From: Neophaeotheca triangularis | Taxonomy: Eukaryota | Assembly (NCBI GenBank): GCA_054600435.1 | Contig: BAAIJX010000035.1 | Location: forward strand, 1-64,000 | DNA length: 64,000 nt | Direction of reading: 5' to 3' | Shown: piece by piece, positions 23,955 through 36,100 of the stretch | How the letters are laid out: every line of letters begins with the position of its first letter | How positions within the stretch are numbered: position 1 is the stretch's first letter | Program-made: the position numbers and the translations under genes | The notes under the pieces: generated by a model | The model's database searches: none | The model's input: only the letters and a program-made list of their open reading frames with translations | What the model was told of the DNA's origin: nothing

Positions 23955-24489
23955 GTCTTTCTCACATCTAGCATTGCTATCAATACGGAGCATCACACAA
24001 CGCATCTTCTTTCCCGTTACGTGTGTGCTAACGCGGGTATCTTTGTTCATTTAGAGCCATCTAGCGAGGCACCGCGATCGTACCTTATCGCCCGCTCAGC
24101 GGGGCGACCGAACCGCTGCTATGAGCAGCACGAACAAAGACGGCGTTTTGACTTGGCTTTCTTAGGCGTTCTGGTCTGTTATGGGGCTCTTGGGAAGGCG
24201 AGGAAGGGACTCATTAGGTTTTTGGAGGTTTGGAAGCTTCACGGGCTCGTTGGCGGACATTGTTTGTATTGTTATTTTGGGTGTTGACTCCCTCAGTTCG
24301 GGCACTGATGAGGTACGCTTGTATGGTATATTGATCCATCCTCCTACTCGAACTTGCGAGGTATTTGAAATTCACGATACTTTCATGCCGCAGAAATCAT
24401 CATGTGGTTATCGTTGAGGTAAGGAAGTACAACACGTTCGAGTAGCAACATTGAGCCAGCATAGCCCTTTTAAGTCTCTCAAAATGACG

Positions 24490-25030
24490 AGCGGTGATGG
24501 TTGCCATGCCCTCCTCGGCATCGTTAGCTTTGCATTCGCACTAGGTGCTGATCATGGTGTCGCTGCGGTGTTTGTAGCTGCCTTCAGTCTCAGGAGTAGA
24601 CGCATAAGCAAGGATTTGTTACCAGATTGCTAGGGAGAGAAACGAAGAAACGAAACTCTTGACGAGATTGACTAGTAGTACTTTGTGATGGTTTCTATGC
24701 CCTCCTCGGCACTGTTAGAGTTGCCCTCGCACTAGGTACTAATTGCAGCGTCGCTGCGGTATTGGTAGTTGCCGTTTATATTCAAGGGTAGAAGCATGGA
24801 TAAGAATCCGGTATTGCGTTGCCGTAGGGAGAAAGGAGGAGGCTGGACTCTCGATGAGCCTGTCCAGGAATACGTTTGATGGTTTACATATCCTCCTCGG
24901 CAATATCGTTGTTGCCCTTGCTCTAGGTGCTGGTCGTGGTGTCGCTGCGGTCTTTGTAGTGGCCGTCAAATCCAGGGGAAAAGGGATAAGCAAACATTCG
25001 GTATTAGGTTGCCGCAGAGACGAAGGAGGA
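24490..25030. repeat. Three diverged tandem copies of a ~191 bp unit
   Basis: GATGGTT..CCTCCTCGGCA..CTAGGT..GTCGCTGCGGT..GTAG..ATAAG recurs at ~24496, ~24687 and ~24878. Confidence 0.8.
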
Positions 25031-25539
25031 TGCGGGCTCTCTTGCGGAATCATCAAGAAGTATATTTCTATAGCGATGATACCACCAAAACAGCCTAGAT
25101 GAAGCAAACGCCGCTTCGCATTGAACAATCCGCTTGAAAGTAGGGTAAAGGAAAATGATGATAGGCAACCGGCATTTGGCTACTACGTGTGTATGTTTCT
25201 GCCTCTTCCTGGTGACACTAGCGTTGCTGGTTCACCGCACACTGCGGGTGCTCTTACTGTGGGACCTACTAGTAACTGTCTTGCCTATAGTGTAGGGTGA
25301 AAGAGGCCTGGTCAGGGAAGACGAGGCATAGTGATGGTGGACGTGAAAGGGACCGAGAGTGATATTACTAGTGAGGCATTGGAAATCGAGACTAGAGGAT
25401 TGAATGAATTTGGTAGGTAATACTAGGATGTACTATAGTACAATGCCCACCCCTGAACGCCCTGCTGTTCCCATGGGTATCTCCCTTTCAAATGACCCTG
25501 ACCGCCTTCGTTGTGCCCTTGAGCTTTGCCGTAGCTTGC

Positions 25540-26876
25540 CTAGGACTTCTCGTATGCTTCGTGGTTGGTGACCTCGTCACGGAACTCCTCGAATGGCTGG
25601 AGATGCTGAAGGCGCGCACGAAGATCAGCGATCTCCATGGCTTGCTGCTGAGTTTGGTGGCTGAGCGTGACGATCTGGAGATTGAGGTCGCGGCGCTGGG
25701 TTTGAGTCTCAGTTTCGGCCTGGTGAGCTCTCCATTCGGCTAGCATGGCGCGGTGCATCGACTCCATGAGCTCGCTGTGCGGGATCAAGTAGGTCCCCAA
25801 GTCAGCCGTCGTCCGCTCTGCGCGTAGACCACGGTTGTCCATAGTGAGGTCGCGAACTTGTTGAAGCAAACCTTCGTAGTGGTGAGTGGCGATCAGAGGG
25901 TCGTAGGTGGGTCCAGCATTGCCGCTTGCGTTGTCCACGAAGTCTGGCGTCGGAGCCGCCGAACCACCAACCATTCCCCCTCCACCTATGCCTCCGATGC
26001 CTTCACCCATACCTCCGCTAAGCTCGCCCATGCCTCCGATGCCTTCACCCATGCCTCCGATGCCTTCACCCATGCCTCCGATGCCTTCACCCATGCCTCC
26101 GATGCCTTCACCCATGCCTCCGATTCCTTCACCCATGCCTCCGATGCCTTCACCCATGCCTCCGATGCCTTCACCCATACCTCCGCTAAGCTCGCCTATG
26201 CCTCCGATGCCTTCACCCATGCCTCCGATGCCTTCACCCATACCTCCGCTGTCTTCACCCATGCCTCCACTGAGCTCACCAAACACACCAGGGTACCCAG
26301 CACCAGCCGTGATGTCGCCAAGGCTTCCCTCTACTCCATAGCCGACTGCGCCGAGTTCTCCAAGCATGGCAGGGTAGCCAGTGCCAGCCAGCGCCGTCTC
26401 GCCAACGCCCTCCTCGGTAGTCTGTGCTTGTCCGAGACCCATAACGTCGACGTCGACGCCACCGGTAGGACGAGGCACGTCTTCACCGCCGTCCACAACG
26501 TTGCCGCCCACACCGTTGCCGACGAGGTCGTTGCCGCCTCCACCGGAGACCGCTCCACCGTCCTCTCCAACCCCCTCTTCTCCATCACCTTCCTCGTCTT
26601 GCTCGTTGCGACGGCGCTTGCGATGCCGCTTTGTGGTGGCATTGGGTCGTTTGGCGCCTGTAAGAAAGCCAGTCAGTGACTTATCCTCTGAATTAGAGAG
26701 CGACTGACTATTACCTTTGCTTTCCTCTTCTTCTCGCCATCACCGTCGGCTCCACCGCCGTTGGCAGGTTTGCCGTCACCAGCGGCATTGCCACTGTTGT
26801 CGCCCACGCCGCCTTTGGCCGCAGCATTACGTGTAGTCACGTTGGGTCCCATCTTGTTGTTGCCTTGAGGTTTCAT
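25540..26876 (-). CDS. Orphan Gly-rich protein with GGMGEGI heptad repeats and a C-terminal coiled coil; gene model uncertain, possibly a pseudogene
   Basis: Gly-rich exon from ATG 26876, intron-like segment ~26658-26714, then a long open frame to 25540. Canonical splicing does not join the two Gly-rich frames. Confidence 0.55.
25985..26280. repeat. 21-bp minisatellite (~13 units, CCCATGCCTCCGATGCCTTCA)
   Basis: Near-perfect tandem units read directly from the sequence. Confidence 0.95.
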
Positions 26877-27579
26877 GTCTTGGCGTTTCGAAGTTGTTGG
26901 TTTGGGTTGTAAAGTTGTCGGCTGGAGAGCAAGGAGAAAGTTCCTAAATTCGTGAAAACCTCGTCAAGGCCAACAGAACTACCCAGAAGGGAAGGCATGA
27001 CGCTGTCGTCGTCACGGGCCCGTGCACCGCGCCGGCAAGGTGGACGTGAATGACATGCTTGCGTAAGCAAGTCGTCCTACAAAACAAGCTCCTCCCTCCT
27101 CTTTCGACTTGCTCCTCTTCCTCCACCTCCAACTTTTCGACTTTTCGTCTTTTCAGCCCTTCAGCCCAACACCACCATACCGCCCACCGCCACCACATGG
27201 TAAGTTCCTTCCTCCCTTCACGCAGTCCCTCGTGAGCGTCGACGCCCACCTTTCACAACCCTTTTCAGCAGCTTACCCATGACCTTCACCACCATCTTGC
27301 CGACTGTTTTCACTACCTTCAGTACCACATGCACCAATGCAGTTCCCTTGATTTACTACCTCTTATTCACCACTACACCTCCTCCTTCACGACTTCATTC
27401 ACTAACGGCTTCCTCCTCAGTCAAGAAACACCAAAACCAGCACAACCAACACGACGCCCTCCTTCACCAACAAGAAACCCCAGCGGTCACTTCACCAAAA
27501 AAGAGGTATCCTGCACAGCCCCACTTCACTGCACCTCAACTCTCCCTGGAAGAGGTTAGGCAGAGCAAGCGAGGGCAGT

Positions 27580-28700
27580 GACCTGGCCATATGCGATGGC
27601 GCACGCGAAGGGAAGCCTCTATCAGTCAACATTGTTTTGGCCAACCTTCGACGTCCCAGGTCCGCGTCCTTGTCACGCCTCGTTTTGCTCCCCAAAGCCT
27701 CCACTAGGAAAACCACGGCATTCTGGCGGGCACCGCGTGACGGGTTGCGAAAGGCGTACGCGAAGGGAAGCCTCTATCAGTCAACATTGTTTTGGCCTAC
27801 CTTCGGCGTCCCGTGTAACTTCCTCGATCTGCGCCCCGTTGAGGACGAAGACAGGGTGGCGTCTTGGCCATATGCGACGGTGGAGGGGTCTCCTCTTCGA
27901 CCGGTTCTGCGTCCTTGACGCGCCCTGTTGTTCCGAAGGTACCTTTTGGCGGGTTTTGGCCTCGGAGTCATCTGCTGACCGGCATTCATGCTGGTCACTT
28001 TGCTCTGGCTGGCGGCAACCTCTTCCTTTCACCTTCAGAGCAGGGTGACGCTCTCCTCTTGCTGGGGATGTGGACAGGCTTACGCCCCTTCGCGCCCACT
28101 TGAGGGGTTGTAACTCCCCTAGTTGACGTCCCTCGTCGTTGCTTGTTGTCTTCGCTGCAAAACAGAGCAGGGTCATGCTCTACTCTTGGGGTTGTGAATG
28201 AGCTTGTGCTCTTCCCTTCTCACTTGAGCGGCTGTAACTCCCCTAGTCGACGTCCCTCGTCGTTGCTCAACGTCCCAGGAGAGCCAGGCAGAGTAGGGTC
28301 GCGTCCTCTTGCTGGGAACGTGGACAGGCTTACGCCCCTTCGCACCCGCCTGAGTCGCTGCAACTCCCCTAGTCGAGGTCCCTCCTCGTTACTCCCCAAA
28401 GCCCCAATTGGAAGACCACGGCATTCTGGCGGGAAATCGGGTGAAGGGAGGTTGCGAACGGCGTACGGTTGGGAAGCCTCTATCAGTCAACGTTGTTTTG
28501 GCCTACCTTCTGTCCTCAGTAGCTGCCCTGAGCCACGCCCCGTTGGCCTACCGGAGCGTTCCATGAACACTCGGGAAGCCTTTACAGGACGAAAACAGGT
28601 CGACAGCGTTAAAACAGGTTGAGTTGGCCACAACTTCATCGCACCCTGTTGTTCCGAAGGTCCAATTGGCCTTTGTCCTCGGAGTCACTGGCTTGCTCGG
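27580..28700. repeat. Mosaic of dispersed 20-120 bp direct-repeat modules
   Basis: GGGAAGCCTCTATCAGTCAAC.TTGTTTTGGCC x3, ACCACGGCATTCTGGCGGG x2, GTGGACAGGCTTACGCCCCTTCGC x2, AACTCCCCTAGT x3, CCCTGTTGTTCCGAAGGT x2. Confidence 0.85.
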
Positions 28701-29662
28701 CACCTCTGGGTGTCGGACGACGAGTGCTCCGGCCGGCGGCGGTCTCTCCGCCTTCGCAATCCCCCCGTCGCCTCGAGGCATGCAGACTGCCCGAACGTCT
28801 GCGGAGAGCGCGGGCTGCCTTAGTGCCCGCCAATGCTAACATTCTGCAGGACTCTGACGACGGGACAGCCCTTCAACGCAGGGTCAGAGTGGAACCTTCA
28901 GCCCTTTTGGGTCTGGAGAGCTAAGACTGTCCCCTTTAGATTTTTTGCCATCCATCCAGTCCAGCGAATAAATGAGCGCACAACTGGTGCGGAAGGAGGG
29001 GAGGGAAAGGGAAGAATAGAGAAAGGGAGCGATATACGTGGGTCTTGATATTGGTATATTGGGAAGGAAGGCTTGGATAGCTGGTGGCCTAGGTGGGGCT
29101 TGAGGATAAAGAGAACATACATAACAGAAACCAACCTTTGTCTGCTCCATCAAATCTCGTACCGTCTCAACCTTTCCTGCCACCTCTTCACCTCCGACGA
29201 AGCTGCCGTGACAATGCCCAGAGGCCTCTGTGCCATGAAATGGTAAACCGTCAAAGGTAGCGATCAGGTTGAGAGAGGAAATGGAGATACGCACCTCTTG
29301 ACAATTGCAAACGGGCTACCAATGCTACTATTCCTACTGGTACAGCACTTCCATGCAATAATGCCCCCGAGCGTGCCCAATACCGATGCAGAGAGAAAGA
29401 GAAAGGATGGTGTGAAGTCCGAAAATCCGCCCCCAACTCTTTCCCCGCTAGCTCCATCACGTGCTCCATGAACCGATGCTCGCGTTGCAAAAGCCGACCG
29501 TCGGGTAGCAAACGTAGGTCTCGACAAGAGATAAGCAATAATAAGAAAGACACTTTTTGCCCCCTGATAATAACATCACTGAAGCAGCTCCAAAAACCCC
29601 AAAACTCCTTCGCTAATGTTGACGTTGTATGTATATCGAACACTCTCTTCCTTGGATCGTTA

Positions 29663-31554
29663 TCATCGCCCGTCGTACTTGTGCATCGTGTGGCTCGGAT
29701 GCTGAGGCGTGGTGTACGAGCCTGTATGGTATTGCGGTGTTTGGTTCGGGCCGCCGGGTTGCGGTGGAAACTGGTGGTAGACGCTCGAATTGAGTGTGGG
29801 CATTGCTGCGTGGCCCGACTCCGATCGTAGGGGAAGGTGGGCTTCGCGACCGGGCGATGCGAGACTGGAATATCCCGATGTCTGGTCTGCTGGAAGGTGC
29901 GTGTGATGAGAATATGAGGCCATAGGCGGAGCGAACGTGGGTTGTTGTGTGCTGGAGTAGGTCTCGTCGGGGCTTTGCAGGTCCAAAGGTACAATACCCT
30001 GGCCGTAAGCCGAAGCATGATTGAGTTCTTGAGAGTACTGAGGCTGTGCGCTCCCCACTGGTGAAGGGTTGGTTGGGTAACCTCGTGATTGCAGCGAACC
30101 CATGCCGTGATTCTCGGACATTGACATTGGGGTGCTCATACCGGGTGCATTGTGGCCCATGGGGTGGGATGGAGCTACTGCGTACTGATTGCTGCCGTGA
30201 GTCGGCTGACCGGCCAGGTAAGAGTTGGCAATATCCATGGACCCTCGATAGCTTTGCGTGTCGCTCCCAACCGCATGGCCAGGCCACCGCCTGGCGTCCA
30301 TAGTCTGAGCCGGAGAAGTTTGTGCTTGGTTTGGCAGCCGATTTCCGAAAATGCTGGGCTGCGAAGGAGTGTTTGGCTGTCCGACGAACGAGGCAGTAGA
30401 GCTACCTGTTGGATTGTACCCCGTCCTATAAGGGTCCGCAGGTTGCATTGGCTGAACCATGTATCCGGCATCTGCGGTCTCCGAGCGCTGTCTCTTAATC
30501 GTCTGGGGACCCATGGTATACTGCTGTGCAGGAAGACCCCCTCCAAAACCCCCCCTGGATTGGCTTTCTGGCGGTGAATCCGAATAGTAAGCGCGTTTGT
30601 TCCCAGCTATGGCTCTGGGCTCTTTTCGAAGTCTCAAGCGTACGCCCTGGTCGGAAAAGGCTCTCGAAAGGTAGGTGGATTCTTGTAGGCCAGGAAACTC
30701 TTTGGCACTATACACTGTTCATACGTTAGCTCAGCTCTGGTCTGAAAGTCATGGTTCAACTTACCGGTGAAGTAGTCAGAGCTGACGGTCTTGATCATTG
30801 AAACCTGAAAGGTCTCCCTATGTTGACGGTCAGCTAAGCGCTTTCCTTGTTCCATGCATCAATCTTACTTGGTCATCTCCCAAAGACTGAAGCAGAGGAC
30901 GTATGTGCCTGTCCTACGTACGGACAGATCACCGAACACGAAAAAGGCACCGTCTACGATAGATGTGTCAGTGCTTGCATGATACGTTGGTTTCCTTCAC
31001 AAACAAAGAGCGTACGCTTACCATCGTTAGTCGGATCTTTGAGCCGGTGCAATGAAGACACAGTCTGACCTGCCAGCGTTTTGGAAGGCGGCTCGAAATC
31101 TGCTGTTGCTGGCTCTGATGCGAGGTGGACAGTCATGAACAGATAGGGTGATTGTAGGTAATTGCTAGCCAGTTGAGTCAGTCACGGGCCTCAAGTCTCT
31201 CTGTTGCGCCAACGCCGCCTACCTCGTGGAATCATGGGCGTGATTGACTCGCATTCGAACAATTGGTGGTGGATCGACGGGTTTCCGGGCTTCTTGAATG
31301 TTAACGAGCCGCGCGGTAACGATGAGCGCAATGTGGTGTGGTTTCGTCGCTTACTCTTCTCTTTGCCTTCTTGGGTCACCAAGCCATTCTTGGGCTGTTG
31401 CACAATTTCGAGGCTGACGACATCGCTGCGCGCCATCATGATTAGTACTACCGTACTGTCGTGACCCGTAGTCCAAATCAAAGCTCGCTGGCGTATGCCC
31501 TTACCCGGTAAGGGGCTCTTGTCTGCTGCCCGTACGCGGAGGGCCGTAGGACAT
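29663..31554 (-). CDS. vosA: Velvet-domain transcription regulator, VosA type (multi-exon)
   Basis: Spliced motifs [84 protein letters not shown], then a low-complexity C-terminus. Confidence 0.85.
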
Positions 31555-33051
31555 CAGACCAATGCACCTGCTTGACCAGCACGCCTCGTTGCAGGGTATC
31601 GGCGAGACGGCTCGGGTTCAGCTTGTGTTTGTGGTGCGGCCGGACGCGGAGTTGGAAGCTGCCACGCAAATGCTGCAAGTATCCCTGGTTTCACGTCGGA
31701 AGAATTGTGTGGTCGTAGTCCCGTGGTCGCGAATCGAAGAGATGCGAGGGTATACTTTGAGCGAGATGAGGTTTGCGTATCCTAGCACCCAGACAGATAT
31801 AGCTGCGCTCTCCGCGATCCTGGCAAACCTTCAGGCAGGATCTCCAAGTCGATGAGGCCGCGAGTTCACAGGTGTGCCAAATGGAGGTCGCAAAGTGGTA
31901 AGCAATGGCAATCTTATGCTTCGGGATGCTGACAATCTGTGATCGGTCTATTGGAAGCTATAGAGCTCCTCAGTCTCATCGCATCAAGATTGGTCGTGGT
32001 GTGGTTTCGTTCCGTGAGATCGTTCAAGTCGCTTCAGCAATACACCCGGATCGATGCGCCTGATCTATCGTGGTCATCGGCCAAGAACAAAGGTGATGCT
32101 GTGGTCCTTGTGGAGAGCTGGGCAGCAGATAATAAACTGAAGTGACCCTACCTCCCGGGTCCTTCGGATATCAACGGGCCCTCGCCGCGATCCGGTAGCA
32201 GGGTAAGATGATGGACGTGCAATCCAGCAGCCGGGCGCAGTTCGTGGGACCGGCGAGTCTGGCGGTACTGGTGATGGGGCTGAGCGGGCCGTGGCTTATT
32301 GGGAAGTCTGTCGACGGAACAGAGACGGCCTTTGGAAAGGGCAGGAGCTTGAACGTCTTCGAGGATGGAGAGCCAGCTACTGTCCGAGAGGAAAGCCTTG
32401 GCCTGATGGAGGGGCCAGGCTCGCGGAGAGGAAGGCAGTAGTAGATTATGATCCGGATGGCGAAAGACGATGAACACCCAACACCTGTTCGCGTGGCCGC
32501 GAAGTGGGTAATGTCAGGCGTTCCCGGTACTGCTATTGCTGAGTATCGAAGCGTGATAGTAGCGTCGTTCGATGGGAGAGTGGTTACGGCATGCGGTTGG
32601 TGGGTGATGGGCTGAAGCTCCCGTTCGCTACCAGATTTTGACAAGGGCCAATAGCAATTCGGCTTTTTCCCTGGGAAAATGGCGGCGAATTGACGATGAT
32701 TTGATGATTTGGATGAACACGTGAAGAAGGGAGAAGGCTCGGTCACCAGCAGGCCGGGCTTGTCGATGATAGTCGAATGCCAGAGTGAAGGCTAGAAGGA
32801 AGGAGGGTGCAATAGGACGAAGTGATTGGCGCGAGTAAGGGAAGGCGGCGTGTGGGCTCCCGAGGAAAGGAAGCGGTACTGGTTGCTGCTAAATGCTACA
32901 AGCGGAGGGACATCCCGAGTGCTTGTTCCTGCCTATAGCGCGATTGGCAGGTACAGGTACTTTGTACAGTACCTAGGGTTGATGACAGAAGGTTAAGGTC
33001 GGTAAGGTTGTCTGTCACCAACGAACGGGAGCAGTCGAAAGCCAGTAAGAC

Positions 33052-33132
33052 GTCAGGTCAGGTCAGGTCAGGACTCGGATACGATCAACGAGTCAGTCAA
33101 GTCAGGTCAGGTCAACTGTCAGGTCAGGTCAG
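33052..33132. repeat. Interrupted (GGTCA)n microsatellite in the vosA upstream region
   Basis: Three clusters of GTCAG/GGTCA pentamers. Confidence 0.7.
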
Positions 33133-36100
33133 GTGGGCTGGACACTTGAGGAGAAGTCAGAAAAGCCTGGAGCAGACCTGGGAGCACCCGGATAGCGGTA
33201 TCGCCTGGTTATCGTTACCAGCGAGAGGGTACTGTAAACAGAATGGGATTTGACACGGGCTCGGAAAAAAGGCGCCATGTCAATGTTCTTAATGCGACGA
33301 TCGAAAAACAAGCGCCAAACCATTGCCCACCCCCGACGGCGGCGGTTGTGGCCATGGCGTTGAAATGCACAACCACGCCGTCATGACCACCACCACCATC
33401 GGGCACGCTGCTGCTCCAACCAAGCAAGCGAACCGGGGGGGAGGAGAAGGGGGGGGGACGAGTGAATGGGTGAGGTCAGCGGTCGAGGGGGATGTTCGCC
33501 TACCGTATGCGAAGCTTCTATGTTCTACCTAGCCTCTCGGCAGGGGACACTACCGAGACTACTACAGTACTACCGGTAATACAAGTTCGCGCAATAACGA
33601 TACTCGACTCTCAAGTTCAGTTCATATTATTGATATTGATGGTTGGATTATTGTGCCGGCGCCAGGGAGCAGGGACGGATAGCCAGGTGCTAGAGGCTAG
33701 TCGAGTGCTAGAATGGCTTCGGAGTAGCGTGGCGGACTGGGCGGGCTTCGCGTGTCAAACAAAAGCCGCCGCGCTTCAAAGGAACGACAGCTCAGAACGA
33801 CAGGGCACCTCAGCCTTCCGCCTTCATCTACCCCCTGTCGCTTCAGGTTTGCTATTACAAGTCACAATAATAATAACAATATTAATTCATACTTAATGAT
33901 TCAGCCGGGTGTGCTTACCTACTACCTAGGTAGAGAAAGTATCCACGACGGATGTGCTTGCTACTATATACCGCCCCCAAACGCAATGCACCCCAGCAGT
34001 ACTACTGCAATGCAGCACGATTCACTTCCGGCGCGCAGAAAACGACAGATCCACAGGGCAGAACGGTTGCTAACGGTACCTACTATGTATCTTAAGGTAG
34101 ACGCCCCGTCTCAACCCTAGCCCCTACCGAGCTGACTCGCTCCCCCAACGGCCGACTAGGCAAAAGTAAGGTAGGCGTCAAGTGGTGGCATTATTGCCTA
34201 TGCCATGCCATTGCATTATTGTTGTTAATATTTCGAAGGTATCCGAGGCCACGATACCGACCCAATCAATCATGGTTCGAGTGGTCTACCGGTGTACCTT
34301 TTCGGTATCATTACCCGATGGCCCCACGAGGGAGCCACTACTCTCATACAGCCTAAAAAGCCGACGACGTTAAACTCGAGTGACACAACTTACAAGCCAC
34401 CACGTTAGGTTGTCAACGGCGGGCAGTAGCTGTTAGCCAGGTAGGCAAAGGTACTTGTAAACAAAGGCTGCAGCCATGGCATCCATAACATATCAAATAC
34501 CTACCTAAGTACTAATGGGCACATGTGCTGTTGATGTGCATGGCACGGAAGAGTTTGCGCCCACCAAGAACCAACCTAGAAACGATGCATAACGCCTAAG
34601 CGAAGACGCTTCTAGTGTCGTTAGCAGTCGCTGCTGGTCACGGCGTGCGGCACAATAATCAAAATCGCTAATCAATACCTTACCACTTGCCTTCTAGGTA
34701 CTAAGGTAGGTATGCAAATAGAAGGGCCATACTGGGTGTCGTTCCGACTCGTTGCACCACATTGGGCTCGGTGGGTCTAGGCCAATGCCTTGCTTGGGAA
34801 AGCTGATATCCCGAAGGGGACGACACGTCGAGCTAGCACTAAAGCCAGGACCAATCACCTTGGTTGCATACACCTTAAGCAAGCACAAGGTATTGCCGCC
34901 TTTTCCAAATAACAATAATAATAAATATCAAATAGGTAGGAACCTGGAAAATAGATGGCTCGACTCTCTACTCCTATACGTCATGTTGTTGCCAGGTTCC
35001 ATCACTATGGATCTTAGCAGGTAGCTAAGGCAGCTAGCTATTATTTTACTTCTGTTGCGCCATCGCCTATCGGTCGTCTTCGTCCTCGGGTCAAGCAGGT
35101 TCTAGCTGCTGCGCAGTGCTTCTTGCATTGGCCTACACTATGTACTACTCAATCATCCGGCAACGGCTCGAAAACGCAGATTCAATCTTCAATGCTTCAA
35201 AGTCCGACAAGTGAGTACCTGTTGAGGTTTCCTCGTCCGCTAGTAGTGTCATTGTATTGCATTGTGCTCTGCCTCTTCTGCTGTTGCTATACGTAGGTGA
35301 CCTCTAAGAGCCTCCCGAGGTCATTACAAGCATGAATGACAGCCAGAAAAGGCTGAAAGCTGTAGCATCTTGACCTGATCAGTCTCGGGCTTGTCACGTG
35401 TGTTTTTGGTCGACCTCTCTTGTACCTGCTTTTGACTTCCTTGTCCAGGTGCCATTCAAGATGCTACCTTCAAGAGGGTATAGAGAAGATGGTGTAAAGC
35501 AGGTGGGCAATCTTCATCACTACCAAGGTGCTTATCCCACCCGAGCGTAAGCCGCCTCATCTCCTCGCTTCGCTGAGCATTTTCTCCGCACTAGAGAGTA
35601 GAGAGACTCGAGCCGCTTCACCACCTCATTCTTCACATGCTCTCCATCTGCTCACTTTTCGGACAAAAAGGCTGCAAAAGCGAAACTCGCCTGCAAGCCT
35701 GCATAGCCATGCAGCTCACGGTGCAACCAAGCCTCCGCGCTTTTTGTGCCCATCCAGGTAGCCTCCTGCCAGCCGATATTAAATGCGACGCATGCGACGC
35801 CTGAACCCGGTCGCTCGCGTGGCGAGTCTCGGATCCTGGACTGACAATATGGCTTTCCCGCCACTCCACAAGAGGCCCTACATCACCTGCACACATGTAT
35901 CGATACTGTATCTGAATCACCCCTCAGTACGACTGTACGAACGCTACTCCAGTGAATTGCGGAGTCTAAGTCGATGCCATTGTCATGTGGACGGAGCACC
36001 TTTCCTAGGGCCTAGACGAAGACTCTACCATACTCTCTGAATTGTGGGCATTCATGTGTCGAGTAACCTACCGTTTGGTCTGGTCAATCGCCACGCAAAC

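Noticed and set aside
25858..26679. Plus-strand ORFs with ASDAFTH or PMPPMPS repeats
   Set aside because: They are alternative readings of a stop-free 21-bp minisatellite; the minus frame has protein-like unique flanks.
27580..28700. CRISPR-like array
   Set aside because: Eukaryotic locus, irregular spacing, the intervening sequences are themselves repeated, and there are no cas genes.
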